From an uncultured Candidatus Bathyarchaeia archaeon (GTDB taxonomy: Archaea; Thermoproteota; Bathyarchaeia; Bathyarchaeales; Bathycorpusculaceae): a stretch of 23,028 nt of DNA. Below the pieces are notes generated by a model. The model searched no databases. It saw nothing but the letters and a program-made list of their open reading frames with translations, and was not told where the DNA came from. The first letter of the stretch is position 1; each line of letters starts with the position of its first letter. Location of the stretch: positions 1-23,028 of the forward strand of contig CAYVGZ010000016.1 in the NCBI GenBank assembly GCA_964450845.1. Reading direction: 5' to 3'. The position numbers were made by a program, and so were the translations under genes. Below are positions 1 to 8,196 of the stretch, piece after piece.

Positions 1-2
1 AA

Positions 3-899
3 GACAGCGAAATAATACAACGCTTGTTAACACTTTCCAGAACCCAAGACGGATTTTTCATGGAAGCACATCCGAAACTTAGACCCGTTGATGCCGCTAC
101 AGGCGGGATATTCTTTGCTGGCTGTGCTGAGTCTCCTAAGGACATAAAAGACAGTGTAACACAGGCAAGTGCGGCTGCAGCTCGAGCTGGCATATTGATG
201 GCTAAGGGAAAGATAACCGTTGAAGCCATCACCCCAATTTTCGACGCTGAAAAGTGTAAAGCCTGTGGACTTTGCACAAAAGTTTGTCCCTACAATGCTA
301 TAACCTTAAACAAGGAGCTAAAGCGAATCGAAGTTATAGAGGCAGCTTGTGTCGGATGTGGAACATGTGCTGCAGAATGTCCTTTTGGTGCTTTAACTCA
401 AAGCCACTTCACCGATGAACAAATCACCGCACAAATAGATGCTGTGACAGAGTATGATGCAGATAAGAAGATTGTTGCCTTTTGTTGCAACTGGTGTGCT
501 TATGCAGGCGCAGACTTTGCAGGCGTAAGTAGAATGCAGTACCCGCCAAGTGTGCGCATAATAAGAACCATGTGTTCTGGACGTGTGGCTCAAAAATTCG
601 TTGAAAGAGCATTTGCAAGAGGAGCTGCAACCGTTTTGGTGGCGGGCTGTCATCCAGGAGACTGTCATTACATAAACGCTAACTATCAGACACAGAAGCG
701 CGTAGAACGTTTATGGAAGAAAATGGAGCAGCAAGGATTAAACAAAGAAAGACTGCAGTTGCTGTGGGCTTCAGCAGCGGAAGGCGAAAGGTTCGCTTCA
801 AAAATCCGTGAAATGCAAGCACTGATGAAAAAGGTTACTCGAGAGGAGATAGAGAACGCCAAAAAAGTTTTTGAAAAAGCATTAAGTGAGGGTAGTTAA
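3..899 (+). CDS. hdrA: HdrA-like flavoprotein C-terminus with 2x[4Fe-4S] ferredoxin domain fused to an MvhD-like [2Fe-2S] domain (5' truncated by window edge)
   Basis: Frame is open from base 3. HdrA C-terminal signature FMEAHPKLRPV...GIFFAGC..PKDI.DSV.QA, two ferredoxin motifs (CKACGLCTKVCP, CVGCGTCAAECP), then MvhD motifs FCCNWCAYAGAD, CSGRV and GCHPGDCHY. Confidence 0.9.
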   Translation, partial: DSEIIQRLLTLSRTQDGFFMEAHPKLRPVDAATGGIFFAGCAESPKDIKDSVTQASAAAARAGILMAKGKITVEAITPIFDAEKCKACGLCTKVCPYNAITLNKELKRIEVIEAACVGCGTCAAECPFGALTQSHFTDEQITAQIDAVTEYDADKKIVAFCCNWCAYAGADFAGVSRMQYPPSVRIIRTMCSGRVAQKFVERAFARGAATVLVAGCHPGDCHYINANYQTQKRVERLWKKMEQQGLNKERLQLLWASAAEGERFASKIREMQALMKKVTREEIENAKKVFEKALSEGS

Positions 900-901
900 C
901 T

Positions 902-1180
902 ATGCCCGTAAGACTTTGGCGTACACCACTTGACACTGAAAAAGCAAAACTTCCAAAAGCACAAATCCACATAATTAAAGATCAATGTAAGGGATGCGGG
1001 TTTTGTATACAGTTTTGTCCCAAGAAGGTTTTGGAAGAGTCGGAAGAAATAAATGCGAGGGGTGTTCATCCTCCTAAGATTGTTGATGAAGACAAGTGTA
1101 TTCTCTGCGGTTTTTGCACTGCAGTTTGTCCAGATTTTGCAATCTTCGTTGTTGAAAAACCATGCAAAGAGGGATGTTAA
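902..1180 (+). CDS. korD: 2-oxoacid:ferredoxin oxidoreductase delta subunit (2x[4Fe-4S] ferredoxin)
   Basis: CKGCGFCIQFCP and CILCGFCTAVCPD motifs; immediately precedes the alpha subunit. Confidence 0.85.
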   Translation: MPVRLWRTPLDTEKAKLPKAQIHIIKDQCKGCGFCIQFCPKKVLEESEEINARGVHPPKIVDEDKCILCGFCTAVCPDFAIFVVEKPCKEGC

Positions 1181-1182
1181 GT

Positions 1183-2334
1183 ATGGCTAAAAAAGAGACC
1201 CTGCTTACGGGCGCGCATTTCATGAATGGCGATGTTGCATGCGCAGAAGGGGCAATAGCGGTTGGCTGCAGATTTTTTGCGGGTTATCCCATTACTCCCG
1301 CAACTGAAATTGCTGAACATCTGTCTCAAAGAATGCCTGAAATTGGTGGAATTTACATTCAGATGGAAGATGAGATTGGGTCTATAGCGGCTGTAATTGG
1401 TGCTTCTTATACTGGCTTAAAAGCAATGACAGCGACTTCTGGGCCAGGCTTTAGCCTTATGCAAGAAAACATAGGATTAGCTGTTATGACAGAGGCTCCA
1501 TGCGTAATTGTGGATGTTATGCGTGGTGGACCAAGCACTGGACAGCCAACGTTGCCTGGCCAACAAGACGTAATGCAAGCAAAATGGGGTTCTCACGGAG
1601 ATTATGAAATCATAGCATTGGCTCCCTCTTCTGTTCAAGAAATGTTCGACTTAACTGTTGAAGCCTTCAACTTATCTGAAACCTACAGAGTTCCAACAAT
1701 ATTGTTAGCAGACGAAATTGTTGCACATATGTGGGAGAAAGTAGTAATTCCATCGGCTGAAGAAATGAAAATAGTGAATCGCAAAAAGCCGAATGCCCCA
1801 CCAGAAACATATATGCCCTTCATGCCTGATGACGATTTGGTTCCGCCAATGGCCTGCTTTGGTGACGGGTTCAGTTTTCACGCTTCAGGCTTAACACATG
1901 ATGAACATGGTTATCCGCAAACGCAAAGCTCAGAAGTCCAGCAGATGCTTGTGAAGAGGCTTTGTGATAAAATACGGAAAAACGCGGACAAAATAATAAG
2001 AGTTGAAGAAGTTATGCTGGAGGATGCAGACGTGGTTGTTGTTGCTTATGGAATAGTCGCAAGAGCAGCATTAAGCGCTATACGAAAGGCTAGAGAAGAA
2101 GGAATAAAGGCAGGACTTCTGCGTCCAATCACGTTATGGCCCTTCCCAGAAAAAAGCGTAACAAAAATCGCTAGGCAAACAAAAAAAATAGTTGTTGCTG
2201 AAATGAATTGCGGACAATTGGTACGTGAAGTAGAAAGGTCTGCAAAAGAAACTCCAGTGATTTTCCTTTCAAAGCTAGGCGAAGACCCGCACACTCCGAT
2301 GGAGATTCTTGAAGCAATAAGGAGGAGCAGTTAA
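1183..2334 (+). CDS. korA: 2-oxoacid:ferredoxin oxidoreductase alpha subunit
   Basis: GN-like GD.ACAEGA, FFAGYPITPATEI, QMEDEIGS, TATSGPGFSLMQE and RGGPSTGQPT motifs; no fused gamma domain. ATG at 1183 preferred over the track's 1162. Confidence 0.92.
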   Translation: MAKKETLLTGAHFMNGDVACAEGAIAVGCRFFAGYPITPATEIAEHLSQRMPEIGGIYIQMEDEIGSIAAVIGASYTGLKAMTATSGPGFSLMQENIGLAVMTEAPCVIVDVMRGGPSTGQPTLPGQQDVMQAKWGSHGDYEIIALAPSSVQEMFDLTVEAFNLSETYRVPTILLADEIVAHMWEKVVIPSAEEMKIVNRKKPNAPPETYMPFMPDDDLVPPMACFGDGFSFHASGLTHDEHGYPQTQSSEVQQMLVKRLCDKIRKNADKIIRVEEVMLEDADVVVVAYGIVARAALSAIRKAREEGIKAGLLRPITLWPFPEKSVTKIARQTKKIVVAEMNCGQLVREVERSAKETPVIFLSKLGEDPHTPMEILEAIRRSS

Positions 2335-3191
2335 TGGTTGCAGAAATGGCGCATCCGCTGTCGAAGTATCTAAGAGAGGCAATGATGCCGCACATATGGT
2401 GTTCAGGCTGTGGAAACGGTATCATTCTCAACTGCTTCGTTCAGGCCCTAGACAATTTGCAGATTAATTTGGACAAGTTGGTGGTTGTATCTGGTATAGG
2501 ATGCATTGGGCGTGCCGCTGGATATACAAACGTAAACTCGTTTCACACAACGCATGGACGCCCCATTGCCTTTGCAACGGGAGTGAAATTGGCAAATCCA
2601 GAGCTTGATGTCGTGGTCATAAGTGGAGATGGTGATCTGTTTGCAATAGGTGGAAACCACTTTATACATGCCGCACGGAGAAACATAGGCGTCAAAGTGA
2701 TTTGTGCAAACAACTTTAACTATGGAATGACTGGTGGGCAACAAGGTCCAACAACACCGCTTGAAGCACTAACAACTACAACCCCATATGGAAACATTGA
2801 GCACCCCTTCAACCTTGTCCATTTGGCAGCCGCATCAGGCGCCACATACGTAGCTAGGTGGACAACTTTGCATGTACGAAGACTAACACAATCTATTGCA
2901 AAATTGCTGCAAAAAGAAGGCTTCTGCTTCATTGAAGTGGTCACGCCCTGTCCTGAAATCTTCGGTCGCCACAACAAAATGCGAACAGGACTCGAAATGA
3001 TGGAATGGTTCAAGAAAGCTTCAGTGGTAGAACATTTCTCAGACCCAGCTAAAGCGCAAATCACTTCTGAAAGAATTGTTGTAGGCGAATTTGTTGATAT
3101 AGAAAAACCAAGTTATGAAAGATTACTTCATGAAAGAATAGCTCAAACTGCTAAGAAAACGGGAGAATTGGTGAGGGAGTATGCGAGTTGA
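2334..3191 (+). CDS. korB: 2-oxoacid:ferredoxin oxidoreductase beta subunit (TPP-binding)
   Basis: WCSGCG, SGIGC, HTTHGR, GDGD...N TPP motif, YGMTGGQ..PTT; start overlaps the korA stop (TAATG). Confidence 0.92.
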   Translation: MVAEMAHPLSKYLREAMMPHIWCSGCGNGIILNCFVQALDNLQINLDKLVVVSGIGCIGRAAGYTNVNSFHTTHGRPIAFATGVKLANPELDVVVISGDGDLFAIGGNHFIHAARRNIGVKVICANNFNYGMTGGQQGPTTPLEALTTTTPYGNIEHPFNLVHLAAASGATYVARWTTLHVRRLTQSIAKLLQKEGFCFIEVVTPCPEIFGRHNKMRTGLEMMEWFKKASVVEHFSDPAKAQITSERIVVGEFVDIEKPSYERLLHERIAQTAKKTGELVREYAS

Positions 3192-3726
3192 AGTGAGATT
3201 TGCAGGTTTCGGTGGGCAAGGAATAATTAAATCTGGAATAATCACAGCTGCGGCAGCATGTATCCACAGCGGAAAAAATGCGGTCCAAACGCAGTCGTAT
3301 GGTCCAGAGTCAAGGGGTGGAGCATGCAAATCTGAGGTTGTAATATCCGAAGAGGAAATAGATTTTCCAAAAGTGGTTGAACCCGACGTATTAATTGTGA
3401 TGTCTCAGCATGCCTACAATGAATACGCTGAGAGCGTTAAACCAAGCGGAACAATTATTATGGACCCTGACATGATTCCTCATGAGAAAGAATCAGAAAG
3501 TGTTAAAGTTTTTCGGATTCCTGCTACGAAAATTGCGGAAGAGGTTGGCAGAAAAATAGTTGCGAACATCGTCATGTTAGGCGCCTTTGTAGCTATCACT
3601 GGTATATTGGATAAAAACGCTGTTAAAGAATCAGTTAAGGCAAATATACCTAAAGGTACTGAAGAACTGAATCTACTGGCTTTTGAAAAAGGTTACAAGT
3701 ACGCTAAAAATCTTTTAAAAAGCTAG
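3181..3726 (+). CDS. korC: 2-oxoacid:ferredoxin oxidoreductase gamma subunit
   Basis: FAGFGGQGII, QSYGPESRGG, NIVMLGA motifs; GGTGAGGGAG RBS upstream. Confidence 0.92.
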   Translation: MRVEVRFAGFGGQGIIKSGIITAAAACIHSGKNAVQTQSYGPESRGGACKSEVVISEEEIDFPKVVEPDVLIVMSQHAYNEYAESVKPSGTIIMDPDMIPHEKESESVKVFRIPATKIAEEVGRKIVANIVMLGAFVAITGILDKNAVKESVKANIPKGTEELNLLAFEKGYKYAKNLLKS

Positions 3727-3727
3727 T

Positions 3728-4336
3728 TTATCCAGCCTTTTGTGGTGGCAACTGTGCCAGTTGTGTTACAAGCTTTGATTTCCTAATGCCGATGTGGCGT
3801 AGTGGAGCTATCATTTTAGCTTCGTTATATATGTCTGACGCTATTTTTCCAAGAACCATTTCCTGTGCAAATTGATCCAATGTCAATGTGGAAGCTTTTT
3901 CTTTAATAATTCTATTCATGATGACGCGTATGTCTTTCTCTTGCGATGTTCTAACTCTTGAGAGCGTGAAAGCGGAGACTGCCACTCGCAGTTTGTGTCC
4001 ATCTTTTAAAGTTATATTAAATAGTCCATCAACCTTTGTTGTTCTTCTTCTAACCAAGCTTCGCAGATAATCTCGCGAGTATTCGTGCCCTTTAAACGTT
4101 GTTTTAGCAGTTTTGCCATCGATTTCGGTTATTTGAAAATACATCTTTAAGTATTGGTGTGCAAAGTCGTTTGTAACATCGTAAAGTGTTGAATCAATTA
4201 CTCTTCCTATCAGTTTTTCTGGCTCGTCGGCTGGTATTGCTCCTAACTCGACGTTTCCGAAGTATGGTGGAGCTAACACTGCGTACCAGTATTTGCTTCT
4301 CCATTTGTCTCTTACACGTTTCGTTTTTGAAGACAA
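3728..4336 (-). CDS. rps3ae: 30S ribosomal protein S3Ae (eS1)
   Basis: RDKW..K.WY.V.AP..FG, GRV.D.TLYDVTND, F.GHEYSRDYLRSLVRR, I.PLR...IRKSKL; TTG start with GGAGG RBS. Confidence 0.95.
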   Translation of the reverse strand: MSSKTKRVRDKWRSKYWYAVLAPPYFGNVELGAIPADEPEKLIGRVIDSTLYDVTNDFAHQYLKMYFQITEIDGKTAKTTFKGHEYSRDYLRSLVRRRTTKVDGLFNITLKDGHKLRVAVSAFTLSRVRTSQEKDIRVIMNRIIKEKASTLTLDQFAQEMVLGKIASDIYNEAKMIAPLRHIGIRKSKLVTQLAQLPPQKAG

Positions 4337-4386
4337 GTTTATCCTCCAAGCGTAACTTGAAAATTCGCATCAGAGTATTAAAAGTT

Positions 4387-5676
4387 TTACCGTTTCGGCT
4401 CTATTTTTTTGATGCCACACATGTATTTTCTTAAAACTTCAGGAACACTGACTGAGCCGTCTTTTTGCTGATAGTTCTCGAGTATCGCAACGATTGTTCT
4501 GCCAGTAGCTATCGCTGTTGAATTTAATGTGTGCACAAACCCTTTGGGCGGTTCGCCCTCTTTTTCTCTATACTTAATGTTTAACCTTCTGGCTTGGTAG
4601 TCTGTGCAGTTGCTGCATGAAATTATTTCTTTAAAGGCATCTTGTGCCGGCATCCAAGCTTCTATATCGTATTTTTTAGCGGCAACTGTTCCAATATCGC
4701 CTGTGCAGTCGTTTACAACGCGGTAGGGCAGACCTATTTTTTGAACAAGTTCTTCTGCGTTTTGTATAAGTTCTTCATGCATTTTCCATGACTCTTCTGG
4801 TTTGCAGAAAACAAACTGTTCAATCTTGTTAAATTGGTGAGTTCGGAAGATTCCTCGGGTATCTTTGCCGTGCGCTCCAGCTTCCTTTCTAAAGTTTGTG
4901 CTGATTCCAACAAGTTTGAGCGGTAAATCTTCTGCCTTTAACACTTCATTCATGAACATTGCTGCCATTGGATGTTCTGAAGTCGCAATTAGGTACAGGT
5001 CTTCTCTTTCAATCTTGTATAGGACATCCTCGAAGTCGCTTAGGGCTACGACACCTTCATAGGGTTCCCGTTTCATTAGAAAAGGCGGCTCTATTGGCAT
5101 GTAGCCCTTCTTAACCATTTCTTCTAGGGCAAAGCTCATCAAAGCCATATCTAGTAGAACGCCTTCCCTTTTTAGATAGAAGAATCTGGCCCCTGCAATT
5201 TTTCCAGCTCTTTCAACATCCATTATGTCAAGGCTTAAGCCTAGATTTATGTGGTCTTTGACTGGAAAGTTGAATTTGGGTATTTCGCCCCAGTTTCTTA
5301 CTTGGACGTTATCGTTTTCATCCTTGCCCGTTGGAACAGTCTCATGTAAAAGGTTTGGAAGCCGCATAAGATAATAGTGCACTTTCTGTTCACATTCGTT
5401 CACTTTCTTTTCTGATGCTGTGATTTCGGTGTCAATCTTTTTCGCCTTTGCAAGCTCTTTGTTTGCATCTTTTCCCTTCTTTTTTAACGCCGCAATCTCC
5501 GTTGTTATAAGCCGTCTTTCATGGCGAAGCTCATTCAATTCTGTCAAATGTTGCCGCCATTTCCGGTCAAAATCAATTAGTTCATCAAGCATTCTTAGGT
5601 TTTCTGGGTTTTGCCTTTTCGTCAAATTGTTTCTTACGAGCTTTGGATTTTCACGGATGAGTTTAATGTCCAACAT
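4387..5676 (-). CDS. serS: Serine--tRNA ligase (type 1)
   Basis: MLDIKLIRENP N-terminal coiled-coil arm, LPN, LIATSEHP, FRKEAG, GIFRTHQFNKIEQF, SCSNCTDYQARRL, HTLNSTAIA. ATG at 5676; GTG at 5685 is an alternative. Confidence 0.97.
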   Translation of the reverse strand: MLDIKLIRENPKLVRNNLTKRQNPENLRMLDELIDFDRKWRQHLTELNELRHERRLITTEIAALKKKGKDANKELAKAKKIDTEITASEKKVNECEQKVHYYLMRLPNLLHETVPTGKDENDNVQVRNWGEIPKFNFPVKDHINLGLSLDIMDVERAGKIAGARFFYLKREGVLLDMALMSFALEEMVKKGYMPIEPPFLMKREPYEGVVALSDFEDVLYKIEREDLYLIATSEHPMAAMFMNEVLKAEDLPLKLVGISTNFRKEAGAHGKDTRGIFRTHQFNKIEQFVFCKPEESWKMHEELIQNAEELVQKIGLPYRVVNDCTGDIGTVAAKKYDIEAWMPAQDAFKEIISCSNCTDYQARRLNIKYREKEGEPPKGFVHTLNSTAIATGRTIVAILENYQQKDGSVSVPEVLRKYMCGIKKIEPKR

Positions 5677-5871
5677 CTTTCTCACAGATAATTATGCCTG
5701 TAATTAGGGTCTAATCCTCTAACTTCCATAAATAGACTATTTAACCTTACGATAAAGTTGCTATGCGGCAAAATTGCGCTTATTAATTTTCTCCGTAAAT
5801 TCCTGTTTTTCTAAACGTTTTTCTGAACGAAATAAATTTTCTTCTACAAGTTGTTTTAAGGAAAATTCTGC

Positions 5872-6015
5872 TCACTTTACAAACTTCATTGGATTCCTTT
5901 TAAATCTTTTTTTGCAAGTCAAACTACAAAAATGGTATGTTTCCCCTCCGTAAGTGATCTTAAATTTAGATGTCTTCTCATCTAGAATCGCACCACATAC
6001 TGGATCCCTAGGCAT
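5872..6015 (-). CDS. YHS/TRASH-domain small metal-binding protein (47 aa)
   Basis: MPRDPVCG...Y.GETYHFCS..CKKRF..NP.KFV matches the YHS pattern; GGCGG RBS-like sequence before ATG 6015. The track's longer start is not supported. Confidence 0.85.
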   Translation of the reverse strand: MPRDPVCGAILDEKTSKFKITYGGETYHFCSLTCKKRFKRNPMKFVK

Positions 6016-6094
6016 TATACCGCCCTTAACCTCACGCAATAGTGAACGTGTAGAAGTGTGCTTTCTGCTTATTATGATTAATGGTAAACACATC

Positions 6095-6122
6095 AAAAAA
6101 AGAGACATAAAAAAAGAAAAAA
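6095..6122 (-). terminator. Oligo-T archaeal intrinsic terminator after the CxxC-x17-CxxC gene
   Basis: Three minus-strand T runs (T6, T7, T7) starting about 35 nt downstream of the stop at 6158. Confidence 0.6.
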
Positions 6123-6157
6123 GGACGTGAAAGAAGGATAGATGTTAGCTTGTTAGC

Positions 6158-6295
6158 TTAATATCTCCTTGTATTTCTTCGTTTAGCGTAACATTCTCGG
6201 CAGTATACCGGTCTGCTTCCGTCAGGTTTGAAGGGAACCTCACATTCCTTTCCGCACTCGGCACAGACTGCCTTATACGTTTCTCTTCCAGACAT
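6158..6295 (-). CDS. CxxC-x17-CxxC zinc-ribbon microprotein (45 aa), absent from ORF track
   Basis: Hand translation: MSGRETYKAVCAECGKECEVPFKPDGSRPVYCRECYAKRRNTRRY*. The C..C.....VPFKP...RPVYCRECY pattern is the hallmark of this family. Confidence 0.9.
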   Translation of the reverse strand: MSGRETYKAVCAECGKECEVPFKPDGSRPVYCRECYAKRRNTRRY

Positions 6296-6324
6296 TTGCC
6301 TTTTTCAACTCCCTTTACTATTTA

Positions 6325-6346
6325 GTGCAAAAAGCGCTTTTTGCAC
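6325..6346. promoter_or_regulatory. Perfect 22-bp palindrome GTGCAAAAAGCGCTTTTTGCAC (operator or 5'-UTR hairpin)
   Basis: Exact reverse-complement symmetry, lying between a TATA-like TTTAATAC (6369-6376, minus) and the ATG at 6295. The palindrome is certain; its function is inferred. Confidence 0.55.
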
Positions 6347-6377
6347 ATTCTTCATAATCTACAACACCGTATTAAAC

Positions 6378-6647
6378 TTATTTATACGTAGAGGTTGGTT
6401 TTCCAAAGTTTTTTGCTATTTGAAGTGTTTTCTCTGCCGTTGAAACGCAAAAAAGCAAGTCATCGATTGTGGCAATAAATGTTGAAAGTTTTCTTTTGCA
6501 TTCTATTTTTGTTAAGACCTTTTCCTTTCTCCATGTTGTTTTGATGGATAAGCCTCGTGGTGTTTTGAAATTATCCGGTGAAACTGCTTTGGCAACGGCT
6601 TCCGCAATTTCTGCCTTTTCATAATTTAGTATTATTTCTGCTTCCAA
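6378..6647 (-). CDS. pcc1: KEOPS complex subunit Pcc1
   Basis: AEI.L.Y...E.A.AV..AV.PDN...P..L.I.T......V...I.C......F.ATIDDLL pattern and position directly after the RecJ-like gene. TTG at 6647 follows GGGTGA; GTG at 6656 is an alternative. Confidence 0.85.
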   Translation of the reverse strand: MEAEIILNYEKAEIAEAVAKAVSPDNFKTPRGLSIKTTWRKEKVLTKIECKRKLSTFIATIDDLLFCVSTAEKTLQIAKNFGKPTSTYK

Positions 6648-8088
6648 TCTTTTCACCCTTCAACTGCTTCCCAACCAATTCGTTAACAATTTCGATGAAG
6701 TCACCGATTTTCTCTATTGGAACCTGTGCTCCTGCGGCTACGTTATGTCCTCCGCCTTTTCCTTGGCATTTTTCAGCCGCAACCTGCATAACGTCACCCA
6801 AGTTAACCCCTTTGTTGGTCAAAGTGTCGATGGTTCTTGCTGAAAACTTTGCCAAACCTTCTTCTTCAACATTTGCATACGCAATTAGCGGTTTTTCAGG
6901 GTTGGGAAGACTTGTTGAAAGAATGGATGAGATTGCCCCAATTATCTTATCGCCTATAAAGTTTTCACCATAAACAACGTATATGTTCTCGAACTCCTTC
7001 ATTCGTTCAGGTTTTTCCACTATCCATCCGAGATATCTGTTGATAGTTCTTCTGTATTCTTCTAACATTTTGTTTGCTTCTTCAAGGGCTGAGAATCTGT
7101 CGCCCATGCATATGGAAACGCCTAAACCAGGCTTGTCCATGCGTCCAGTTGCATTCAACAAAACAGCAAATTCTCTTGCGTCCCGAAGCGGAGTCCACGG
7201 CTCCTCTCGGTTTAAAATGTAAACATGTCCAATGAGATTTGCAACTTCGTAATGTAAACCCTTCGACAGCAAATAGTCTGCAAGAGCTGAACATAATTTT
7301 TTCTTTTCTTCATCTGAAAGGTCTCTTAAAGCCCTCCACTTGTCATCACTCCTTGGCTTGATGTCTAAACTTGCTAAGAAAGCTAAGCTTTTGTCTTCTT
7401 CACCGCTTATGCCTGGAATAAAAGGGCTGGTTGTAGAGGCTAGGGTTCTGTGGATGGGACGTGTTTCTCTGCCAAAAAATATTAGGTCTTTTTCAACTGT
7501 CAGAAGCCCCGCGTTTGTTGCGTCTTCAACTATTTTTTCGTTTATTCCGCCCAGCTTTCGTTGGTCGTATTTATCTTGCAAGTCCCCGAGGGCTCCAACC
7601 ACAGCCACGGGTGCCAAATCAATGTTATCTTTGTCAACTGCTTTAGCTACAAGATATGCTACTCCAGAACCGCTGATGTCTCTCGCTCCATCTATTCCAT
7701 GCAAATGCGGATTTACATGTACAACATTGGCTGATTCTTTGCCGATGATCTGGTGGTGGTCCAAGATTACTATTTTAGAGTCTGCAAGCTTCTCGTTTAG
7801 CAAGTCAATGTAACCGCTTCCAAAATCAGTGAAAATAGTTAGCTGTGGCTTTTCTGAAGTGATTTCGCCGACAATTTTTTCGTCAATCCACTGAGTTATT
7901 TTAATTCGGAATTTTGCATCAAGTCTAAACAAGGTTTTTCCAATAATTCCAGCCGCTGCAACCCCATCAGCGTCCAAATGTGAAAAAGCTTGGATGAATC
8001 CATCTTCTTTTGCGGTTTTCAAAATTGTTTCAGCTGCTTGTGCGGTCGAATTTAAAAAGTTTGTGACTTGTTTATCATCTAAAACCAT
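6619..8088 (-). CDS. DHH-family RecJ/Cdc45-like nuclease (probable GAN ortholog)
   Basis: Intact motifs SHLDADG, TDFG, LDHH, GALGD and DHHA1 GGGHNVAAGA. It sits between rps15 and pcc1, as GAN does in Thermococcus. Confidence 0.88.
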   Translation of the reverse strand: MVLDDKQVTNFLNSTAQAAETILKTAKEDGFIQAFSHLDADGVAAAGIIGKTLFRLDAKFRIKITQWIDEKIVGEITSEKPQLTIFTDFGSGYIDLLNEKLADSKIVILDHHQIIGKESANVVHVNPHLHGIDGARDISGSGVAYLVAKAVDKDNIDLAPVAVVGALGDLQDKYDQRKLGGINEKIVEDATNAGLLTVEKDLIFFGRETRPIHRTLASTTSPFIPGISGEEDKSLAFLASLDIKPRSDDKWRALRDLSDEEKKKLCSALADYLLSKGLHYEVANLIGHVYILNREEPWTPLRDAREFAVLLNATGRMDKPGLGVSICMGDRFSALEEANKMLEEYRRTINRYLGWIVEKPERMKEFENIYVVYGENFIGDKIIGAISSILSTSLPNPEKPLIAYANVEEEGLAKFSARTIDTLTNKGVNLGDVMQVAAEKCQGKGGGHNVAAGAQVPIEKIGDFIEIVNELVGKQLKGEKIGSRNNTKL

Positions 8089-8196
8089 GTCAATCACACT
8101 AGGCTAAGAAGCTAAATTATTTAGATTTAAAGCTGGCGTTATGCATAGGTTTTCTGCAATCTGATAAATCATGAGGAAACGTCCACATACGGATAA

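Noticed and set aside
24-899. Track start at 24 for the first ORF
   Set aside because: The frame is open back to base 3 and the sequence corresponds to the interior of HdrA, so the true start lies outside the window.
5761-5871. The YHS frame stays open for 36 codons after its TGA (AEFSLKQLVEENLF...), suggesting readthrough or selenocysteine
   Set aside because: The TGA falls at the normal end of stand-alone YHS proteins and not at a Cys position. I saw no SECIS-like structure, and an open stretch this long can occur by chance.
6143-6158. Tandem 8-mer TGTTAGCT x2 next to the microprotein stop codon
   Set aside because: Only two short units with no spacers; consistent with replication slippage and not CRISPR-like.
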